From: Phoronis australis
Lineage: Eukaryota; Animalia; Phoronida
Direction: 5' to 3'
Assembly: GCA_002633005.1 (NCBI GenBank)
Contig: NMRA01000596.1
Location: 127,860 to 191,859 of the forward strand
DNA: 64,000 nt
In this document: in pieces, positions 40,884 to 54,034 of the stretch
Layout: each line of letters begins with the position of its first letter
Numbering within the stretch: position 1 is the first letter of the stretch
Notes under the pieces: model-generated
What the model was told of the DNA's origin: nothing
The model's input: only the letters and a program-made list of their open reading frames with translations
Databases searched by the model: none
Translations under genes and position numbers: made by a program

Positions 40884-41067
40884 CTGGGAATTGGCATTGT
40901 CATATATCTGCTGCAGCGTGTAGTACACTGCATGGCCTGTGGTGTTCATGGAGACAGGAGATAAATCCCAAACAGGACGATTGACATCCATGTAGAAGTG
41001 GCCAAACCCACTCTGGATCAAAGGGTTCGGACTCTCCTTCAACTCAGGTAGCTTGTAGACAATGAAC
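40884..41067 (-). CDS. DNASE2: DNase II copy 1, coding exon 2
   Basis: ctgtag|(W)FIVYKLP...G..YMD...TLQQIY..SQ|gtttg; DWFIVYKLP motif completed with exon 1. Confidence 0.95.
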
Positions 41068-41794
41068 CTACAGACAAGATACATGTGCACGACAGCTTGA
41101 ACAATGTCATCTTTGGCCCTTTGGTGTTGAGCAAGCCCAAAAAACTAATTTCAACCATCTCCAGTTGGTGTGCTAACTCAATAGCCTACTTAACTCAGAG
41201 ATGGTTTATCACCGTGACAACAAAAGGGATATGGGGGTTAAACACCCCTTAACAATCACTGGTTTGGAGGGTAATGTTGCAATATTTTGAAGAATTGACA
41301 ATAATTAGGGTGATTTGTAACTAGACAAATGGATGGCTGTGAGAGATGAGATGGGGCAAAGTTTGCGAGAAAAGATCTGCAATAGTTTTGCCTAAGCAGC
41401 AGGAAATTTTTAGTTAAATAACTAATAACTAACCAACCAAGTATGTAAGACCCGACATCACGCAACCTGTTGATTTGATCAGTTGCTTTGTATTGTAGTT
41501 GAATTAGATTCTGAATGCAGTGTGTATTATTCAAGACAAAAGCATGCAAAATCATGGCAGCTTTAGTGCACCCGTTGACCAGAGTTAAACAACCATGATA
41601 GTGCCCCAATGATATTTTATGTGCCAGTGACACAGGACATATCCTTACGTACGTATCCCTGGTGATATGGACACCAGTACAACACGAAATTTAATCAGTT
41701 AGCATATGCCCTTAGAAATGTAATGGCTACAACTTTTGAACATCTCATAGTAAGTGTTGCGATTATCTTCATGTCATAGCCAGTAGCTCAACCA

Positions 41795-41973
41795 GCAACT
41801 AGACATGGTGAGAGGGGAGTGAAGCCATGGCAACTAGACATGGTGAGAGGGGAGTGAAGCCATGGCAACTAGACATAGTGAGAGGGGAGTGAAGCCATGG
41901 CAACTAGACATGGTGAGAGGGGAGTGAAGCCATGGTAACTAGACATGGTGAGAGGGGAGTGAAGCTATGGCAA
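41795..41973. repeat. Minisatellite, 5 x 35 bp
   Basis: Unit gcaactagacatggtgagaggggagtgaagccatg repeated head-to-tail without spacers. Confidence 0.95.
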
Positions 41974-42791
41974 AGTCATCCCGAAGGACTGAGCAGAGGA
42001 GCAGTTATTTTTAAACAGCTATTCAACACCAACAGGGGTAACGAAAAATTCATGACGAGGAACCCAGTACAGTTAAAAATTGGGATAATGGTGGTCCAGT
42101 GGGGTTGGAGCTTGCAAATGTGAACAAAATAGCCCACTGAACTCAGTCCAGCAATTTGGGCTGCTTGGGTGGTCAGCAATGTAACCCTATAGGACACCTC
42201 ATTATGTCATAAAACTATATGTGCCTATTGACTGTTGAGAGCCCAGCAGGGGATGGAAACATTTAAATTTGTTGTTTAATTCCCAACTTTAATTGAGTTT
42301 TGAAATTTCTCATGTACTAGCTTGAGTTTTCGCCTGCACTAGGTCAATCCAAAACACTCATGACTAAAGGCTCTTAAATTTTCCCAACCTGGGATGCGTA
42401 AAAGGGGTTCACCTAAAGGGACAGTTGTCTGAACTAATGATTAGAGGACTAAATACCCAGCACCAAACATCAGTTACATTCAAAAGGCCCATTGCCAGTG
42501 ATGACAGAGGGTGATAGAAAGGACTTTTACAGTGCACTTACCTTCAAGACACAGAGAATCATGAATGCACCAAGTGGAAGAGTACACTAAATGGCCAGAA
42601 AATGGAACTTTTTGCAATCCCCATTTTGCAATAAACTAACGGAGTCATTAACCTTTGTGCTGCCACCAGCTTTCTGTCTAAACAAGTTGCAGTAGCTCAA
42701 TGCCTGGAGAATACTTGGAGACCAGACTTCCTTTAAACTGAGCTGAAATTGTATTCCATACACAATACTCGTGTTGAGTTATTTCACTTAC

Positions 42792-42913
42792 CAATCCACA
42801 GGCTTGCCAGCATGGTCCATACACTGGATCTTTCCGTTGACAAATGGTAACAACACAGCTACCAACAGGGCAACAAGTGTTGGCAAGGTACCATGCTGCC
42901 ACCTGGTGGCCAT
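42792..42913 (-). CDS. DNASE2: DNase II copy 1, coding exon 1 (signal peptide)
   Basis: caaaATG; MATRWQHGTLPTLVALLVAVLLPFVNGKIQCMDHAGKPVD(W)|gtaag; typical I.C.D..G.PVDW N-terminus. Confidence 0.93.
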
Positions 42914-43701
42914 TTTGAAAAGAAGGTGCTGTGATCCTCACTGTAATTAGATAAAACTCACAATTAAGTGTCTGGGACACACGTTTTCAAAGATGAATTA
43001 CGATTAGTTTTTCATTTTGTAATTGGTTAACAAAACAATTCAGATTTGCAAATAAAGCTAGTTGAAATTTAGCTTTCCATAACTGCATTATGTTCAAATT
43101 AGTGTAGCATTTAAGCATGCTTCACAAACTTAATAAGCAACTTGAAAACTGTACGCTCGTCACATGAGCGCCATTTGTGCATTTTCTGCACTGCTTTCGG
43201 CAAATTTCAACGGTCTTGACAAAGCAAAATTTGTTCGCAAATTCAATTTGCTGATACTTAAGCACTAAAGACTTCTAATGCGCAGAAACCAATTCTTGCT
43301 ATTATGTGAACTATATGCAATCTGTTCAGCTGACCAAAAAGGAGACTGGAATTAGGCCTTTTCCGAGCATACAATTGGTATCGTAACACAGTTTTTGCAT
43401 GACCAACAAGAACATTAAAAAACATCAACAACTCACGAAAAATGCTTCAGAGTTCATTGGAGCTGGACAATTCTAAACTTGCAAATTCGAAAATGGTGCG
43501 TGTATGCATGGCTAAACCTAAAATAATCAGACTGAGTACTTTTACCAGGCATCTTACTTTTCCTGTTTTCACGTTTACGGCAGACAATTCGTAGTTAGAA
43601 AGCCAGAAGAGTATGCAACAAAACATTATTCATAGCAATAGTTTTGTTTTTTTACTTAAATGACTGTAATTGGCGAGCAAGCATAAACCAATGGTACTTG
43701 C

Positions 43702-44373
43702 TGTCACGTTTTTCCCCGTGTGTGGGTGGGCGCAGATTGTTACAGACCGGTGCTAATAGTTTTTGGTGCGACGATTGACTGAAGACTGATTCGAGTTAAT
43801 AATTTATTAATCCTGACAGTACGTTCACAAGCCTACTCAAACAAAACGTTCGACGTAATGTCTCTTTATGCTCCAGCCAGTGCTGCAAAGCCTTGACTTG
43901 TGATGAACTTCTGAGACACGTTCCACAACTGTTACACTCATCGATTCAATAACCTGCTGTCTCTATAGCTGGCTCTCTATTGGCTATCGCTGTAATTGCT
44001 GATTCTCTTCATTGCAACTCAACTGTAGTTCTCCTAATTAACTTTCTTGAATTTCTGATGAACTGACTTCATCTGACTAACACAAACCCGTGCTTGTGTA
44101 TTTATAGCCTGATGCATTGTTTTGGAACTTTTCATCCTTTCAAGCACATTCTAGAACTTTCCTGAATCTACTCAACCATCCTACAAACATGAACTAGTCT
44201 TTAGAATATTCCAGACTGCATTAATCACTGTCATGCCAGAGTCTTCTAGAAAGTTCCACACTATACTGCAGTAAACAATTCATCTCTGTACTTAACTCAG
44301 GGGTCATGCCAATCAAACAGAACAACAAAACAAAACAATACAACCAAAAACATTGTCAGTCTATATTCTGACA
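43702..44373 (-). mobile_element. Solo LTR (672 bp)
   Basis: TGTCA...TGACA termini flanked by a perfect 5-bp TSD CTTGC (43697-43701 and 44374-44378); minus-strand TATAAA (~44101-44106) upstream of AATAAA (~43803-43808). Confidence 0.85.
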
Positions 44374-45320
44374 CTTGCCCTGCCTTTTTATGAACAGCAG
44401 CTCTCCGAGAAACATGGAATTTGCTTTAAAAGCTAGTAACCTAAATTGTTTCAAAATATATTGCTCTGTTCACATTTCCTTCACCAGAATTCCCAATCTC
44501 AAATTAAAGCAAAAGACCAGTCCAAAACACGACTCCATTAATTGTCTTTTTTCCACTTTCGCCAGAAGGAAGTCCCAAAGACAACTCTCATTTCCAAAAG
44601 GCATAAGTAAACTATACTTAGTCAGTAAATTTAATTCTGACATCATGACAACATCAACTTTTAAGCCAAGGTACTGTTGATAAATTTTGGGGGAAAAGAC
44701 ATTTGCGACCTCAGAATGTGTTTAGCGACCTGGGAAAAATGGCCACGAAGTCGCCACTGCGAGTATGTCACTGGTAGACAATAATTCCTCTCAAATTTGT
44801 TTCAAAGTTGATGCTGACTTCCAAACTTCAAATTACAAACAGCTTGCCCATATTTAATATGCTAGGACATTGATAAATCTAGTCGAAATCACACTTTCTC
44901 ATTTGAAATACACGGTGATATGTCACGTAATCTCGCAGTCTTGCTTTTAGCGAGGTTCTAACATTACTTAACTCTACCCAGGACCTGTTGCTGGGCCCAT
45001 GTAACATTGTTTGCAAGATTGCACTACAACCAATACACTACCACTTGCGTCCTCAGCTTCTGATCGTCCCCAATACACTACATATGTACTACAAGGTATG
45101 ACACCCGGAACAAGGAATTTCACGGGTGCTTCACTTCAGTCATCCATATCAAACACAACTCAGTAAATTTACACAAAATAGGGGTTCAGCAAACCATGAG
45201 CAATTTTTCTTTCTTCTGATAGCATTTACAGTGTCCTGCTCCAGCGATTTCACAACAAATTCGCAGTCAAAGCACAAAATTCTTCCCAAAATGCCGATGC
45301 GGTATTAGCGAAAGCGTATA

Positions 45321-45705
45321 TGAACACAGTCAAACCCAGTGCGTCCGTTTGGGCAGAATAGTTTGCCTTAACTTCTGTTGTAGTTGGGCTATTTTGGTGA
45401 TTCAAACGCGGAACATGATCAGCATTTGACGTGGAATTCGGAAATGCTTTTGGTTTAAGCTCAAATATGTTATAACTTAACTTTCATTTTTATCAGCCCA
45501 GCCCAGTCAGTCTATAGATCATGTAGAATACGATGTGATCGGAGATTAGAGCAATTATCGAACAAAAGAGCGCAGGTCCTCCAACCATAAATGCCAGAAT
45601 GGAGTTAATCAGTCGTGTAAGATATTGGCTACGGGGGTAAACTTCCCAACTTGTTGTTGGGTTATGGAATCGAACAAGTTGGGAGCAACGGTATGTCGTC
45701 GTCAT
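45321..45705 (+). repeat. Dispersed ~370-bp repeat copy
   Basis: Aligns with 52674-53055 (same strand) and 20716-21080 (opposite strand). Confidence 0.85.
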
Positions 45706-48700
45706 GTACACTCTTTCCTTCACCAGCTGACACTGCAAGGCCTACTTTTTACCCACGTCGTTCCAACGCTGTATAGTTTTGCATTAAGGTTACATAGAGC
45801 TTTTCTACCACCGTTTACCTTCGTTAATTTGGGCCGCCTTGTCCGTAAAATCCTGCTGTAATCAGGATATTCGCTACAGCATCGCTTTCGTTGAAGATCG
45901 AGGCACAACTCGATCAGTTCCGACAGCTACAGTCACATGATTTGTACGATAAGGCCGCTTAGGCTTAGTACAACAAACAATTTTCAATCGAAAGCAAAAA
46001 CAAAACATATTAGGTAAAAATCTATTGTTGTGGATCCAAACATGATGCGGAGTTCTTTTTATTCGTTGAGTATGTGTTTGGATCCATCCCGCTTCACGTG
46101 AGTCGCATTTTTTTGATTTGACCTATTTTTAATTGTGTCACATGTGGTGAACTTGAGCTTATTTATGTTCCGGCCCGTACATCATTGGAATCCCGCCCAA
46201 ATCTTTCGGAATATTCCGATACGGGCGGCGAATTACATTGTAGACTGGATGGATAAAGATTCTACGTATTTCATCATGAACTAGCGCTAGCCAATGTGTA
46301 CAAAACAAATCATGCACGAGGCAGTAGGTGGTGGATAACTTCAGACTTTCAAAAGTCGTGAAACAGATGTGTTTTGTTTCAAATAGCCTACTTTCACCCA
46401 AAAACTTCGAATGGAGAAAAACGGTTGACTTTCACATAAATTATATAACTTTCACCTGTGTTGATTCCTTTGGGACTGTAATAAGCTCTGACCCGGGCCA
46501 GCTAGTAACCACAGTGGCGGATCTAGGATTGACAACTGAGGGGGGCCCAACATCTTGTCTGATCGAGTGTAAACATTTGCTCAAAGCACGATTTGCGCAT
46601 AGCACCGAATGGGGGAGATCCGGGAGGGGGGGCAAAAAAATAAAAAGAGCTGCTTGCAAGAAAACCGTAGTTCAGGTTTGTGCATGATACATGTACATGA
46701 GGATGTACATTGTACACTTGTTCAGCTCATTGAAACATCAGTGCTTGGGTAACGTGTTTGTGTAATTATTCATTGAAGCGTACGGAGTAACATGGGTTCC
46801 CCGAGTATTAGAAATTTTAGATTAGTATTTCAAGACAAAGTAACATTTATGGTGTCGAATCCAAGGCGGATAAAGGGGAACCGAAAGGTCCCAAGGACAC
46901 ACCCCACGGGCAACTAAAAACGCCACCAGCTTATGTTTTTGGGCGTTTTCTTTATAATTGTGAGTGGTCCACCCATCAGAGACCGGCGCTTGGAATGCAG
47001 GCGGACCTTTTTTCCTGTATGTGTACTGTTGGACCCCCGTCCTGAACGTGACGTCCTATGGCCACTGCAGACTCGAAGTAATTAGTACCCATTCGCCGTG
47101 AGTAAAAAAATAGTCAGGTTTTGCGCATTCAATGCACATTTGAAATTTAGCCTTACCCCTAATTTTACAACTAACACTGGTATTAAGCAATTACATGTAA
47201 ATACCACATGAAAGATGTAGACGTTGGTTGTTTTGACGGGCGAGGCTGGTTGGTGGCAACGACGAATGTGGAGATCGGCCGGAGGAAACATAAAACTTTG
47301 GACATTGTCCCAACGTGGTCCTGTCTCTGTTTGTCCCGTCATAAAACTATATTTACATTGCCTTATGGGAGATAAAGTGCAGTGATTTCCCCTGGTTATC
47401 GGGAATTCCTGAACAACGGGTCCAACCAGACGATCGAGGCCACTAACGACTGTATCACTTGTTTAGAGCGCCGTCTTACAGTTAACAGCCNTTTAGAGGG
47501 GGGCCAAGGGGCCATGGTCCCCCCTAAATCTCTCCCAGATTCCATTTGGCAGTTCGGGGGTGCGCCGTCTGACGGGCAAAATACTGGCTAATACTCTGCC
47601 CTCACTGGCCCCCCTTAAATAAAAATCCAGGATCCGGCCTTTGGGGTTTAGGGGGCTTTAGCCCCACCCCCACTTTTTTCAGTGCTGCGCCCGGCTCATG
47701 AACAGCCATCTATTCCCAAAGTGTTGTAAACTAAAAGTAACAAGAATTTTATAACCATATTTCTGTAATGCCTCTCTCAAAATGTACAACCTTCAGAATA
47801 CATCAATCGTGTTTATAAGTTTTACTAAACGTTAAACGACAAATAATCAGTGTTCTCGAACTCATACCTAAGACGCTTACATGTCCAGCTAGGGCCCTGG
47901 TTCTAATCTTTTACTCAAAATGGAACTCGAAATTAATTTTGGCATTTTCTACTCTAGTACATTTGTGAGAAATCAAGATAAGTGTCTATTATTCTATACT
48001 CGAATACACAATGACTTACCAGGATAATTTTCATAGTCCCAGTTTGCAGTTGCTAAGTACAACATTAAGGCTAAAATTTCGAGCTTTACTCGAGATTGTA
48101 GCACACATTTAAGGGTCATCAAGTGCAAACTTGGACTCAAAAGAAACTCATGTGCGCATACATAATGTATTCGTGTACAGTCTAATGACCACTTATCTTG
48201 AGTTCGCACAGATTAGAAGAAAAGTTGCTAAAAATAATTTCGAGTTCGTTTTGAGTATAAAGATTAGAATCCGGGCACAGGACCACAAACAGCAGGCATT
48301 TTGCTACGAAACATAAAGCGAAATGTACATTACTACTTTTGTAATACATCTTTAACACCTTCCACCAAACGTATTCACAATGTTTTTGAAAATGGAATGG
48401 AAAATAATAAATGTCTTTAACATGATGAAATACGAGAGCAAAGATGTTAGCATAACCAGGGCAACAAGGAGCAGTCGCAGATATCTTAAAGAAGAATCAA
48501 GGTGCATTCACCCTCTAAATGTATAATTTATTTTCCAAATGTTTAATTTGGGGTTACATCTATGAACGTTGGTACAAGACATGTCCTTAACGTTTACCGT
48601 AACGTGAAAGACACATATGAAGTGTCGTAAGAAATCAGGAGAGCAAAAAAGCTACAACAACCGGGGCTACATATGAAAGCTTTCAAAATGGACAATTTTT

Positions 48701-49784
48701 GAAGTACACATGAAAAACCTGGTAAAAAAGTCGATCATTACGTTCAATGGAATTTGAGAGGCACACAACATACATGTACATGTCTATCAACTTAACAAAG
48801 TGCTAGACCACAACAGTTACTGAAACGGGACCTCGCATGGCAGTTGCAGAAATTTTGATACAAAATCAAAGCGAAATCAATTTCAAAATATATGTTTTTG
48901 GAGTGCAACAATAAAACCCGGTAAAACTGTGTTCATTGTGTTCCCTGATGAGGGGCTCATAACTAATCTCATTTAACTAAATTAACACAGTGAAAATGTG
49001 GCATAACCGGGGCCACACATGACAGTCGATATAATGACATATTTTGATGCAAAATCAAAAAGAAATCGATGTCAAGACGTACAATTTTAGAGTACTCTTA
49101 TGAAACCTGGTACAAAACCTTGTTTTCTGAAAGTTGAAAGACAAATAACAGTGTCCTTTTACTTGATGAATTACAAAGCAAAATATCTGTAGCAGGGCCA
49201 CAAATGCCAGTCTCGGGTATTTTGATGTAGAATAAAAGTGACGTTAAATTCCACATGTATATGTTGGGGTTACTTGTACATCAACCATAAGCTTGAACGA
49301 ATATGATAACTTCAATCTACATATTGAACACACAACCCTGTCAACAGCAAAATGTATATGACTGAAGACCTTCGCTACCAGATACATACATGTAGAGTAA
49401 CAATCCCAGACAGTTTACAGTAACTGGACCTTGGGCAGTCGTTAACTATCATTTCGCTGCCAGATGATGTAATAATCAGACACAGTTAGCTGAACTTTGT
49501 CCACTGCTGACTGGTCCAAGAAATCCAGTTCATTTACCAAGCGGGTATTCACTACACAAGACAAGACAAGATAGCTCAAGCGGACGTAGGTAAACGCTGC
49601 TACATGTATGACGGCTCTGTCTACCTTTGGTACAAAACTATACGACTTTGGAACAATGTGGGTAAAACAACTGCCATAACAAAATCTGACTCAAAAGCAT
49701 GTCATAACCCCCTCTTTGTTGATAGCCGCGCCATTTTGATACGCGTAAAGGTTATTGTGGCAATATTGGTGTTCAAGGAGTTAA

Positions 49785-51110
49785 AGGCGAAGGCAACCTT
49801 TTTTCATGTCACTTTTACCAAAAATAAGGTTCGTTGATTATCCCAGACACATTTTTCACTTAATTACAGCTTTTCGTAATTTGATTAATTTCTCTACCTT
49901 TACTCCGGAAGTGACGTTTTGGGAGGCAAGAGTTTCGCGCCAATTTCTTTTCATTATAGTCTGACTGTGAGGGCTGTCGAGTCACTCATTGTTCTACCTC
50001 GGTTATGATAAGTTCGGTCGTCGTTTGCTTTTGTTTACAAGTCAGTCAACATGCCACGCTGTTGCTGCGTGCCAGGATGTACTCATTATCGTCTCACACG
50101 CGCATTGGGTACCTTGCGTCGCTTTCCGAAGGATGACACACTTCGCCGTACTTGGCTAGCTCGTTCATGTGAAGAACGCAGCGCTACCCGTCCACGCAAA
50201 CGCACAAAGCAGTAGAGGGTTACCGAGTGTGTGGCAAATATTTTCTGCCGTCAGATTACGACATAATTGATGAAGGTCCCTGCGAAACAACGCTTGAAGA
50301 AGGGTACCATACCGTCGCTGTTGATTCCCTGCAGTGTGCCGTCGCCAACCCCGAGAAGTGACGTTCTTGAAGCGAGAAGCCTCGCGAGTTGTGGCCACTG
50401 CATGTACATACAGTGACTGGAGGCACTTCATCTACTGTCACCCATGCCTCCGAACGTACCCCATTGCGTACAATTCCGGGAACTAGCAGTGATTCGCCCT
50501 GTGTTGTTGTCTCTAGCCCAGAGCCTGTATGCAGCCCTGCAGCTATGTTGAGTAGTGGGAGTGAATACAGGTCCAGTTCGACACCCAGTGAAGAGGACAG
50601 TTCGTCATCCGATGAACAGATCAGTGAGCCTAAATTTGATAAGTTTATTGTGGACTTGTATTGGAGCTATTTAGAAGGTGCCAGGTGTGTGGCGACGGAG
50701 TCACACGGCGGGATCTAAGCACTTTGGGTGCTTAGATCACCCTCCAGTGGGAGTGTGTCGCGGGACACTCGGGCAAGTGGGACAGTTCTTCCTCTGTACG
50801 TGAGACGATAATGAGTACACTCCAGTACGCAGCAACAGCGTGCATGTTGACTGACTCGTAAGCAAAAGCAAACGACCACCGAACTCATCACAACCGAGGT
50901 AGAACAATAACTGACTCGACTGCTCTCACAGTCAGACTATATGAAAAGAAATTGGCGCGAAATTCTTGCCTCCCAAAACGTCACTTCCGAAGTAGACGAC
51001 GAGTAATTAATTAAATTACGATAAGCAGTAAATAAGTGAAAAATATGTCTGGGATAATCAACGAACCTCATTTTTGCTAAAAATGACATGAAAAAAGGTT
51101 GCCTTCGCCT
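49785..51110 (+). mobile_element. Kolobok-type non-autonomous element, family B, second copy
   Basis: TTAA TSD at 49781-49784/51111-51114; same TIRs and THAP remnant (MPRCCCVPGC from 50051) as 27081-28416. Confidence 0.87.
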
Positions 51111-51182
51111 TTAACATATCTGTAAGGTTCTAACCAGGAGAGGTTTGTGGGTTAAAATCCGGTTATATACATTTATTGTCAC

Positions 51183-53365
51183 AGTAGTAAAGTAAGAGGT
51201 TTAGACGCCCCGTTTGGGAGGGTCTCGGTCAAAGGTCATCCATGTGAAAGGAAAAGGTCAAAGGTCACGTGGGATAACTGCAATGGGAAGGGACACCATC
51301 CGCCTACCGGACGGATGTGTCAATGACGTCACACCTCATGACGTAATAGGTTTAATGAGTCGCGTTAGAGAGGCACCTCGATGCTCGTTTTTGCGGCTCC
51401 TCGCAACCGATCGTGAACCGAAACAAAAGAGGGATAACGCTGATGAATAAGAACAAAACTTATTTCGTGTCCCTAATTAAGTGTGGGTCGTCGTTGTATA
51501 TTGTTTGTTCTGTCTCATTGATCAAAAACAAAGGCGTATACAAAAGGGGATAACCACCCAACTCAACAACAGATGTCGCGTAATGTCTAACCCAGGACCC
51601 GACGGTACTGAGCGAATCGTACTCATAATAATAAGAAGCGACCAGCTAACACAGAACATAAAACCGATAGCGTTTAAACGTGTATTATTGTAGGTAGGTA
51701 TACATAGTGTTGGAAATAGTCTGACCAACTAAGAGAGAAAAGAAACTTTTCGTGTTTAGCCGAATATTACTAACGGCATGCAAAATTAAATAAGACGAAT
51801 TAATGTAATCGGAATTCGTATACATATGTATTCAACGTGTAAACGACCATTGTAACTGATCATATTAAGCTACGGAGATTATTAGATTGAATTTGAAACA
51901 TAGGTAGTTGACGTGTGTTAATTGTTGGTGATGGAAAAAGAAAATAAAAAATATTGAACTAATCGGAATTGTTTACGATAAACTCACCTCAGAGGTAGTG
52001 TGGGTGAAAAACCTTTATACAGCTTCAGATGATGGTTAACCTACGGAATAAAAATTAATAAAAAAGTTATTGAACATTGACTGTATATAGAGTGTAGACG
52101 GTTGGTCAAAAACAACGGAAGGCTGGATACTACGTACGCGAAACGAAACTTAAAAGTCTGGCTAAGAGAAGGGTTAATTAAGCAAATGATAACTCACCGC
52201 TAACTCCGATCTCGGAATAGTCTGTGTAATCGGTCGTATCTATTCGGTTTACATATATTGCCGGCGTTTGATGTGTTTCTATACACGTTGTGTAGCACCT
52301 AATAACATATCATTTATTTGGGACGCGTGTGTCCAATTGTTTGGTTCGAAATACAGGTAACGAGTATCAAGAAAGGCGTGTTTGGTGAAATTTATTAAAA
52401 TATCCAGCACACTATAGAATTGCAAAATTCGCAAACGGGTTCAAAATGTACGTAATGAACCCTAGGGTTTGTGTCAGCCCAGACTTGACGCGATGAATAC
52501 ATGTATGTAAGATTTTTCAAAGCCCAGACGTTGCTTTGTTTATATTTGTGAACGAAAACTTGACGTCACACTTCGCATTCAGTCTTTTGTCCCGTATGAT
52601 AACAAGCAGGCCAATTATCTCCCAAGCTTCAAAGGAAACGTATGGTGGTTGCACATTATTACCGAACAAAATATGAACACAGTCAAACCCTGGAGTGTGT
52701 CCGTTTGGACAGAATAGATTGTCTTAACTTCTGTTGTAGTTGGGCGTTTTGGTGATTCAAAAACGGAACATGATCAGCATTTGACGAGGAATTCAGAAAT
52801 GCTATTGGTTTAAGCTCAAATATGTTCTGACTTAACTTTCATTTTTATCAGCCCAGCCCAATCAGTCTAGATATGAACTGATCGGAGATACATGTAAGAG
52901 CAATTATCGAACAAAAGAGCGCAGACCCTCCAACCATAAATGCCAGAATGGAGTTAATCAGTCGTGTAAGATATTGGCTACGGGGGTAAACTTCCCAACT
53001 TGTTGTTGGGCTATAGAATCAAATATGTTGGGAGCAACGGGATGCCGCCGTCATGCCCTCACTTAATTGGGGACACGAAATAAGTTTTGTTCTTATTCAG
53101 CAGCGTTATCCATCTTTTGTTTCGGTTCTTGATCGGTTGCGAGGAGCCGCAAAAACGAGCATCGAGGTGCCTCTCTAATTAAAGGGACTCATTAAACCTA
53201 TTACGTCATGACGTGTGACGTCATTGTCACATCCGTCCGGTAGGCGGATGGTGTCCCTTCCGATTGCAATTATCTCACGCGACCTTTGACATTTTCCTTT
53301 CACATGGATGACCTTTGACCGAGACCCTCTCAAATTGGGGCGTCTAAACCTCTTACTATACTACT
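51183..53365. mobile_element. Non-autonomous Polinton/Maverick-like element (2183 bp)
   Basis: Termini AGTAGT...ACTACT, ~305-bp TIRs (51183-51487 / 53056-53365), perfect 6-bp TSD TGTCAC (51177-51182 / 53366-53371); no integrase, pPolB or capsid ORF. Confidence 0.85.
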
Positions 53366-54034
53366 TGTCACTTACAGACGTAGAAACGTGAAACAAATTA
53401 ATCTCCTCCCGTATCGAAAAAAAACTATTACATGTACTCTGCGAATATACAAAAAATCGTTTCAAAACGTGCGTAAAAGATTTTGGTGAAGTTGTCAGAA
53501 GATATCTGATTAAATGTCGAGTGATATTTGCGTCCTTCAACTTTTTTGTTTTGCCATAACATTTCCTTGCCTGTTTTCTGTTGGTTTGTTTACTTGTTTG
53601 CAAGCTACACGTCGCATTTTGTATCCAAGTAGGATAGAAATTACGCAAATGTTGCCTTTAAATGCTTCGAAATCTGTTGTCTTTGTTCAATTGGAAGTAA
53701 GATGGCGTTGCGGCGGCCATTGTTCACTAATTTGGTTTGTGGAACCACAGCTCTGCTATTTCTGAGGGTAAAAATCAAGAAATTCTAACTATCACAACGT
53801 AATCTAGAATCACGATTGATTAAACTTGTCAAGCAAGCCTTTTGTGTTGGTACACAATACTTATGGTTAAGCTGGTCACTTTTACACACTCAACCTTGAA
53901 CACAACTGAATACTCCTGGTTATAAATTACAAACAAGTCATAATTTGCTATGATTGAAAATACACGTGTGTCACAGAGGCTTAACTGAGTGTGTTTTCAA
54001 ATTGCAGTGAGGATTACAATATTTGTTTTTCAAA

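Noticed and set aside
41795-41973. 35-bp repeats as a CRISPR array
   Set aside because: Units are contiguous with no unique spacers, there are no cas genes, and the context is a eukaryotic intron.
47994-48209. Possible first exon of DNase II (donor CCTG|GTAAG at ~48020)
   Set aside because: No DNase II similarity; the true first coding exon with PVDW is at 42792-42913.
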